Of a stretch of DNA of 45,226 nucleotides, positions 39,332 to 45,226 are shown piece by piece. Numbering within the stretch: position 1 is the first letter of the stretch; the number at the start of each line of letters is the position of its first letter. The DNA comes from an uncultured Dechloromonas sp. GTDB lineage: Bacteria > Pseudomonadota > Gammaproteobacteria > Burkholderiales > Rhodocyclaceae. The notes below the pieces were generated by a model, which was not told where the DNA came from, searched no databases, and saw only the letters and a program-made list of their open reading frames with translations. The DNA is taken from the NCBI GenBank assembly GCA_964293845.1, contig CAXYZX010000001.1, forward strand, positions 1 through 45,226. The letters run 5' to 3'. The translations under genes were made by a program, and so were the position numbers.

Positions 39332-40570
39332 ATGACCACAGGTACGTTATCGGCGGTTGCAGTCAAGAATGCCAAGGCCAAAGAGCAGCCCTACAAGCTC
39401 TCAGATGGGGGCGGCATGTTCCTGCTTGTTGATGCCAAGGGCGGCAAATATTGGCGCCTAGCTTATCGGTTTTTAGGTAAGCAGAAGACGTTGGCGCTTG
39501 GCGTTTATCCGGAGGTGTCGCTAGAGCTAGCCCGAAGAGCTAGGGACCAAGCCAGGGAGCAGTTGCGCGAAGGTGCCGACCCCGGAATGGTTCGCAAGGT
39601 GGGCAAGTTGCTAGCGCACCAGGCCGCCCTAAACAGCTTTGAAGCTGTTGCCAGAGAGTGGCATAAGAGGTTCTCCACTGGCTGGACTGCCCATACGATT
39701 AACAAGAATATCCGAATACTCGAACTGAATGCGTTTCCCTGGCTTGGCGAGCGCCCAATTGATGAAATCAAGGCCCCCGAGTTGCTGGCTGTATTGCGAC
39801 GGGTCGAAGAGCGTGGCTTGATGGACACGGCGCACCGCCTGAGACACACATGCGGTCAGATTTTCCGGTATGGAATTGCTACTGGTAGGTGCGAACGAGA
39901 CATTTCAGTTGATCTTCGGGGGGCTATTGCGCCACGTCGGCCGCAGAATATGGCGGCCATCGTTGATCCGAAGGTGTTTGGCGAATTGTTGCGCGACATC
40001 TGGGAATACCAGGGAACATTGACCACGTGCTGCGCCTTTCGGTTATCTGCACTTTTCGGTCTTCGCCCAGGTGAGGTCAGGAATCTTGAATGGTCAGAGG
40101 TAGATAAGGATGAACGCCTGATCCGCATTCCGCTTGGAAAGATGAAGGCGCGTCGGCTTCACGTAGTGCCGCTTTCCAAGCAGGCCTTGGAGATCATTGA
40201 AGATATTCGGCCGCTGACGGGAACTGGTCACTACTGTTTTCCCGGATTGCATAGCCGAGAGCGGCCGATGAGTGAGAACACTATCAACGCAGCGCTGCGT
40301 AGGATGGGGTACGACACCAAAACCGAACATACCGCGCACGGATTTCGCAGCTCATTTAGCACCATGGCACACGGCTCCGGTTTGTTCCGTCCGGAGGTTG
40401 TTGAAGTGCAACTGGCCCATAAGCATGGGGACGCGGTGCGGCTTGCCTATGATCGGGGCGACTTCCTCGAAGAGCGGCGCAAATTAATGGACTGGTGGGC
40501 CGACCAATGCGATCAGATGCGCCAAGGAGCAAAGGTGATCAAATTGAAGGTTGAGGCGGGGCATAAATGA
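39332..40570 (+). CDS. Tyrosine recombinase/integrase, P4-like with N-terminal arm-binding domain
   Basis: KLSDGGGMFLLV...K.WRLAYR, LALGVYPEVSL; catalytic R (LRPGE), K (GKMK), HGFR, LAH, Y (AYDR); AAGGAG RBS before ATG 39332. Confidence 0.95.
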   Translation: MTTGTLSAVAVKNAKAKEQPYKLSDGGGMFLLVDAKGGKYWRLAYRFLGKQKTLALGVYPEVSLELARRARDQAREQLREGADPGMVRKVGKLLAHQAALNSFEAVAREWHKRFSTGWTAHTINKNIRILELNAFPWLGERPIDEIKAPELLAVLRRVEERGLMDTAHRLRHTCGQIFRYGIATGRCERDISVDLRGAIAPRRPQNMAAIVDPKVFGELLRDIWEYQGTLTTCCAFRLSALFGLRPGEVRNLEWSEVDKDERLIRIPLGKMKARRLHVVPLSKQALEIIEDIRPLTGTGHYCFPGLHSRERPMSENTINAALRRMGYDTKTEHTAHGFRSSFSTMAHGSGLFRPEVVEVQLAHKHGDAVRLAYDRGDFLEERRKLMDWWADQCDQMRQGAKVIKLKVEAGHK

Positions 40571-40719
40571 TAGCGGCCTAGCGTGAGCAATCTTCCTGTT
40601 GTGGCTGATGATCAGGTTTATTGAGTCAAATATATTTTTACTCATCAAGAAAAAAGTCGCATATGGCGAGGATGGTATTCCACAGCTCCGTTATGAGTTC
40701 CTCGCGTACAGCCTTTGGA

Positions 40720-40795
40720 TGTCCGAAATAGATCTACAATTTTCGGACAAAAATTCTTGCCTTCTGTCCGAAAAAATTGTACAAATATCGGACAG
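40720..40795. promoter_or_regulatory. Two 30-bp palindromic operators upstream of the AbiE-like operon
   Basis: TGTCCGAAA-N12-TTTCGGACA (40720-40749) and TGTCCGA-N16-TCGGACA (40765-40794). Confidence 0.75.
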
Positions 40796-40803
40796 GAGGT
40801 CAT

Positions 40804-41523
40804 GTGTCAGATATCAAATCCGCCATTTCGTCGCAAATCAACGCTGCAGGTCCAGGCCTCGTCTGGGTACCGACTGACTTTGCGCACCTCGGCAACCGGG
40901 ATGCGATCGACAAGACCCTCCAGCGTATGGTGCTGGCGGGAGATTTGCGGCGTGTCGACCGAGGCTTGTACGACAAGCCCGTCATCAACCGCCTCACCCA
41001 GCGCCCAACGACTCCAGATTATCGGGCGATCATCGACGCTATCGCACGGCGTGACCAACTGCGTTTGCTCGTGGATGGAATGACCGCCGCCAATGACCTT
41101 GGCCTAACGGATGCTGTCCCAGCTCGCGTTACCATCCATACCGACGCACGTCGCCGGGCGATCAAGCTCGATAAACTCGTCATCGACTTCAAGCAAACTG
41201 CTCCCAGTCGCCTTTATTGGGCTGGCCGCCCCGCCATGCGAATCGTACAGGCCCTGCATTGGCTGAAAGACACGCTGGCCGTCGACCATGACCGTATTGT
41301 CAGCCGACTGAATCGACTACTCATCGATTCCGATCAGGGAACTGCAATCTGCCAGGATCTGCGCAACGGGTTCAGCGTGCTGCCGGCGTGGATGCAGGAT
41401 CTGATCCGTGATCTGCCCGGTTGCGATCCTCGGGACACCATATCCCGAACCTCGCCGATACACAGTGGTGTGAAATCCTCAGCCGATTCATCGCGGCCCG
41501 AAGGCGTGAGGAGAACCAATTGA
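40804..41523 (+). CDS. DUF6088 family protein, AbiEi-like antitoxin/transcriptional regulator
   Basis: DF..LG.RDAIDKTLQR...G.LRRVDRGLY winged-helix N-terminus; G..AANDLGLT.AVPA; GTG start after AGGAGGT. Confidence 0.82.
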   Translation: MSDIKSAISSQINAAGPGLVWVPTDFAHLGNRDAIDKTLQRMVLAGDLRRVDRGLYDKPVINRLTQRPTTPDYRAIIDAIARRDQLRLLVDGMTAANDLGLTDAVPARVTIHTDARRRAIKLDKLVIDFKQTAPSRLYWAGRPAMRIVQALHWLKDTLAVDHDRIVSRLNRLLIDSDQGTAICQDLRNGFSVLPAWMQDLIRDLPGCDPRDTISRTSPIHSGVKSSADSSRPEGVRRTN

Positions 41524-42599
41524 ATCCGTCTTTCCGCGAAGTCATCACTGCTGCCGACGGCGATCGACTCGATTTGTTTCTCGGTGCAGCAACCCGCATG
41601 GGTACGGCGGTTCAGAACGTCGAGAAGGATTTCTGGGTGTGCTGGACTTTGGATGCCTTGTTCAATGGCCTAGCGGTTGGCGGACCTCGTCTCTTGTTCA
41701 AGGAGGGGACCTCACTGTCCAAGGCTTTTGGCCTGATCTCGCGCTTTTCCGAAGACATCGACATCACGGTTTTCCGTGATGACTTGGGGCAGGCTGCCGA
41801 GGTGGCGGAACTGGATGCCTTGAGCGGCAAGAAACGTCGAGCACGCCTTGAAGCTATCAGGGTCGCTTGCCAGGCCTATATTGCCGGCCCATTGGCGGAT
41901 CAATTCACTCAGACTGCCGGTACAGTCATTCCCGATGGCCGCTTCAGGTTGGAACTCGACCCAGACGACAAGGATGGTCAGACGCTGCTGTTCTGGTACC
42001 CAGCAGTTACCCCGACAACCAACGATTACATCCGATCTGCAGTGAAAATCGAATCCGGCGCGAAGTCGGCACTAGACCCACATATCGTGGCATCGGTGAA
42101 GCCTTACGTAGCGCAGGATTTGTCGGCGCTGGATCTCACCGTCCACAATGTCACCACCGTAAAACCGGAGCGTACCTTCTGGGACAAGGTCATCATCCTG
42201 CATGGCTTGCGGCAATGGCATGACCGCCGTGGCGAATTACGGCACGGCGGTCAGCGTGTCTCGCGTCACTACTACGATGTACACCAGTTGATGCAGGCGT
42301 CCGCATCGCCGGAGTGGCAGGCCGATCAGGCTCTCGCCATGGATTGTGCGCGCCATGCCCGACTGTTCTTCGGAAGTGCCGATCTGGGCTTGGATGTCGC
42401 CCATCCAGGGGCATTTACGCTGGTCCCGAGCACTGCGATGCACGAAGCCTTATCCAAGGACTACGAAGCCATGGCCGGCATGGTCTTTGGCGAGGTCCCG
42501 AAGCTTGAAGCGGTGCTGGCCAGCGTCGAGCAATTCGAACAGGCCATCAACCGCGCTATGAACGCGGACAAGTTGGCGCAAGCGGAACAACCTACATGA
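41520..42599 (+). CDS. AbiEii/AbiGii family nucleotidyltransferase toxin (DUF1814-like)
   Basis: VEKDFWV, LFKEGTSLSK (usually FKGGTSLSK), RFSEDIDI, ERTFWDK, SRHYYD; TTG start overlaps the antitoxin stop. Confidence 0.88.
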   Translation: MNPSFREVITAADGDRLDLFLGAATRMGTAVQNVEKDFWVCWTLDALFNGLAVGGPRLLFKEGTSLSKAFGLISRFSEDIDITVFRDDLGQAAEVAELDALSGKKRRARLEAIRVACQAYIAGPLADQFTQTAGTVIPDGRFRLELDPDDKDGQTLLFWYPAVTPTTNDYIRSAVKIESGAKSALDPHIVASVKPYVAQDLSALDLTVHNVTTVKPERTFWDKVIILHGLRQWHDRRGELRHGGQRVSRHYYDVHQLMQASASPEWQADQALAMDCARHARLFFGSADLGLDVAHPGAFTLVPSTAMHEALSKDYEAMAGMVFGEVPKLEAVLASVEQFEQAINRAMNADKLAQAEQPT

Positions 42600-43510
42600 A
42601 CGACTACTTCAGCGACAGGGAAAACGGGCCTCGGGCGCGAACCGAGCAGGTCATTTCGCCTGAGGTCTGGGCTGGTTTGGTGGCGACTGTGCAGGCGCTG
42701 GTCAACAGTGGGGCCTTCGGACTGCGTTTTCCGGAGCGCTGCCCGGATGGGCAAGCCATCTGCGGCTGTGATGAGGATGTCATCGCCGCTTCGGTCATTG
42801 CGGAAATGCCGGGATTAACGTGGCCGCTCGAAACATCCCGGCTGGTGGATGACGGATTCCTGCGGCAGCAGGAGCCATTTGCACCGGACACGTTATTGAT
42901 CCTGGATTTCGTCGAATTTGTATACGCTTCGGTGGCGAAGCCGATTCCAGGAAGGCTCCACGATTACTTCAACCACCACCATTTAACCTTCGACCAGCAG
43001 TCCGGACAGGAAGAGTTTCGGGCGACGGTCAATCGCATTTTTGCGCGCAATGGCCTGGCCTTCGAGATGCTGTCAAACGGCCGTATCGTGCGTGTTCTTC
43101 CGCCGGTGCTGGGGGATGACCTCAAACGGATGGTATTCCGGACCGGAGACCGAATCCTCGACAATATGCTGGAAGAAAGCCGGACTAAATTTACCGACCG
43201 TAATCCTCTCCTGCGCCGCGAAGGTCTTGAGCGTTTGTGGGACGCATGGGAGCGACTCAAATCGCTGGCTGATCCCGAAGACAAGAAAAAATCGATCTCG
43301 ATCATTCTCGATGCTACCGCCAATGAGGCGACGCTTCGGCAGCGGCTGGAAGACGAAGCAAAAGAACTGACCGATATCGGTAACAGCCACCTCATTCGGC
43401 ACACAGAACTCAAGCAAATCCCGGTCATCGACGTGGATCACGTCGATTATCTGTTTCATCGCTTGTTTGCGATGATCCAGTTGTTGCTCCGAAAGAAACG
43501 ACCCGTCTAG
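42596..43510 (+). CDS. Putative abortive-infection protein, AbiJ-like N-terminus with HEPN-like C-terminus
   Basis: YFSDRE N-terminus, FR..VN.IF..NGLAFE, LERLWDAWERLKS, LTDIGN..IRH.E; ATGA overlap with the toxin. The ORF is well supported; the family call is from memory and less certain. Confidence 0.6.
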   Translation: MNDYFSDRENGPRARTEQVISPEVWAGLVATVQALVNSGAFGLRFPERCPDGQAICGCDEDVIAASVIAEMPGLTWPLETSRLVDDGFLRQQEPFAPDTLLILDFVEFVYASVAKPIPGRLHDYFNHHHLTFDQQSGQEEFRATVNRIFARNGLAFEMLSNGRIVRVLPPVLGDDLKRMVFRTGDRILDNMLEESRTKFTDRNPLLRREGLERLWDAWERLKSLADPEDKKKSISIILDATANEATLRQRLEDEAKELTDIGNSHLIRHTELKQIPVIDVDHVDYLFHRLFAMIQLLLRKKRPV

Positions 43511-43607
43511 CGATTTCGGCGGCGCTTGGTAGTGGCAATAGCGATTGACTGGAATCAGGGGCTTGCTGAAGGCATTTCTGCAGTTAGCCTGATGTCGGGA
43601 GGTCGAT

Positions 43608-43871
43608 ATGCGGAAATTTTTCTTCTTCGCGATCCTGGCGATTGGTGCAGGGATCGGATTGCTGTTCACAGTCGCCACAAACGGTGATTGGGGGTTAGGG
43701 CTAGTCGCGTTAGGGGCAGGGCTGCTTTTCGCAATACCAATCGCCAGTGCTTTGACGGGCATTGGACCGAAGCGCAGAAAATCTCGGCGGCAGTGGCGCA
43801 ATCCAGGGACGCGCGGTGCGCGCGCATCTCTCTTCAAGGGGGATGTTCCAATTCGACGTTGGGATCGATAG
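43608..43871 (+). CDS. Small two-TM membrane protein, candidate entry-exclusion factor
   Basis: GGGAGG RBS; two hydrophobic helices and an Arg/Lys-rich tail; convergent with traG, 3 nt apart. Confidence 0.6.
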   Translation: MRKFFFFAILAIGAGIGLLFTVATNGDWGLGLVALGAGLLFAIPIASALTGIGPKRRKSRRQWRNPGTRGARASLFKGDVPIRRWDR

Positions 43872-43874
43872 CAG

Positions 43875-45224
43875 CTATTTCTTCGATTTGAGCAGGTCTT
43901 TCACGACGTCCTTGGTGTTGTCTGCAGTTGCGCCGGCGTCATCTCTAACCTGTTTCATAGACTGACCAAGTAGTGACTTTCTAGATGCTAATGTCCCGTC
44001 GTCAGTCTTGATGATTTCAGTCTTGCCATCGAATTCTTCGCGCTTCGCTGCGGCCTCGCCATGAATCTGGGCGGCGCGTTGCTGCACTTCCTCGCGCACG
44101 GGCGACGGTGGTTCGGTTTTCTGTTCCAGCGGATGACTTGGGTTGCCGCCAAAGCGAGAGGCCTTGCTCACTTGGGCCTGGTGGGTTGCCTTGATGTCCG
44201 GAGTGATGGCGACATCATGCAACTGCTCTTTATGGAGGTCGCGGATATCACCAAAGGAGGTCGGGAGGCTGCTCCCATCCGAAATAACCCGGTTCGGGCG
44301 CAATGACTGGCGGGCCAGTTCGGCCGACATCAAGGCGTGAGCGGCGGCGCTGTTGCCGCCATAGGCCTGGGCGTACCGGAGGAACATCTCCATGTTGTGC
44401 GGGTCTTGGGCGATGTCGATGGAGATGGATTCACCCTTGTCGTAGGCGGACGATACACGTTCCGCAAAACTGGTACGGTCGGCAAGGGTTGCATCCGCCC
44501 GCTCGGAACGGGCTCGAGTCGAACCGAGGCGGGACGACATCTCGCGGGCCTCGCTCGCATCGTTCGAGAGCGCCTGCAAATAGCTGGCATCCCTCGATAC
44601 CCGGTCACCAAATTGTTTGAAGGCTACCAACTGCTCCCCACTCAGGCTGGCCAATGCTTTCTGTTCCTGGGCAGAAAGGCTCGACTGGTAGGACTTGTCG
44701 GCGCTGGTGTGAAGGTCAGCGCCCGCAACTTTGGCATTCACGCCGACATGGGCGGCCGCACCGAAAGCAATACGCGCGACCTGCGCCTGGCTGAGACCGG
44801 TGCTCTGGGCAACACTTTGCGTGATCTGATCCAGCTTGTTCAGCGTGTCGCCCATTTGCTCGAAGCTGCTGGCACTGGAACCGCTGCTGTTCCGTGTGGA
44901 GCGAAGCTTGTTGAGCCCGCGAGAGAACACTTCAGACAGTGCTGCCGATTGCTCCATCGTCGCTGTCGCGGCTTCACCGCGCGCCGCGTCGACCTGCCGG
45001 CTGGCTTGCTGCACATCCTGTTCGGATACACGCATCGATACCACGCGCGAAGCGAATCCCTGATTGCGCAACAGGCTGACCGCAGTTCGGCCGGTGAGCG
45101 CATTCGAAGAGAAAGTGTTTCCGGAGAGGTCGTTCTGCCAACTGCCCATGAACGCCGACGTACGGTTGGGCGCCAGTTGCATCTGGTCCATACCGACATT
45201 CCCCATTGAGACGTTACCAACGGT
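43875..45224 (-). CDS. traG: F-type conjugative mating-pair stabilisation protein TraG (C-terminal part; 5' end outside window)
   Basis: Frame open to the window edge; TVGNVSMGNV motif of the kind that follows the TraG_N membrane domain, then a long Ser/Ala/Gln-rich helical region. Confidence 0.72.
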   Translation of the reverse strand, partial: TVGNVSMGNVGMDQMQLAPNRTSAFMGSWQNDLSGNTFSSNALTGRTAVSLLRNQGFASRVVSMRVSEQDVQQASRQVDAARGEAATATMEQSAALSEVFSRGLNKLRSTRNSSGSSASSFEQMGDTLNKLDQITQSVAQSTGLSQAQVARIAFGAAAHVGVNAKVAGADLHTSADKSYQSSLSAQEQKALASLSGEQLVAFKQFGDRVSRDASYLQALSNDASEAREMSSRLGSTRARSERADATLADRTSFAERVSSAYDKGESISIDIAQDPHNMEMFLRYAQAYGGNSAAAHALMSAELARQSLRPNRVISDGSSLPTSFGDIRDLHKEQLHDVAITPDIKATHQAQVSKASRFGGNPSHPLEQKTEPPSPVREEVQQRAAQIHGEAAAKREEFDGKTEIIKTDDGTLASRKSLLGQSMKQVRDDAGATADNTKDVVKDLLKSKK

Positions 45225-45226
45225 GG

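Larger units (their letters stand above)
39155..45226. mobile_element. Integrated genomic island, probable ICE, at the 3' end of tRNA-His (continues beyond window)
   Basis: tRNA followed immediately by a P4-type integrase, Abi/TA cargo and an F-type traG; second att copy not inside the window. Confidence 0.8.

Noticed and set aside
40720-40795. Repeat pair considered as a mini-CRISPR or IS ends
   Set aside because: Only two units with a 15-bp gap, no cas or transposase gene and no target duplication; an operator fits better
40599-40877. 92-aa ORF between the integrase and the antitoxin, considered as an excisionase
   Set aside because: No RBS, no AlpA/HTH pattern, and it runs through the operator palindromes and into the next gene
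41421-41519. Upstream extension of the toxin ORF in the track
   Set aside because: Overlaps the antitoxin; the TTG at 41520 has a GAGGAG RBS and a coupled overlap
44337-45209. 290-aa plus-strand ORF
   Set aside because: Antisense shadow of traG

Overview
Chromosomal window from a betaproteobacterium; gene content and order suggest Rhodocyclales (Dechloromonas/Azonexus-like), which is an inference. 1-11.4 kb holds a storage-lipid cluster: patatin, PhaF-like phasin, two-domain fatty acyl-CoA reductase and PrxQ, followed by a minus-strand run of laoC/laoB/laoA-like genes, a lipase and a split PAS+MCP (CetAB-like) receptor. 11.5-39 kb is mostly core genome: dnaQ-rnhA-yafS/gloB, a REC-GGDEF module, DUF748-rmuC-DUF3293-Ser/Thr kinase, bamD/rluD/pgeF, a ZIP transporter, phaC-phaB-phaB-phaR, suhB/trmJ and hupB-lon-clpX-clpP-tig. 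From tRNA-His (39078-39154) to the window end lies one end of an integrated element, probably an ICE. It carries a P4-type integrase with arm-like repeats, a translationally coupled three-gene operon (DUF6088/AbiEi-like antitoxin, AbiEii-like nucleotidyltransferase with an unusual GG->EG motif change, AbiJ/HEPN-like protein) under twin 30-bp palindromic operators, a small membrane protein positioned like an entry-exclusion gene, and the 3' part of an F-type traG. The three-gene operon is the best candidate for an undescribed defence or addiction system. All family assignments come from motif recognition by eye; no database searches were run.
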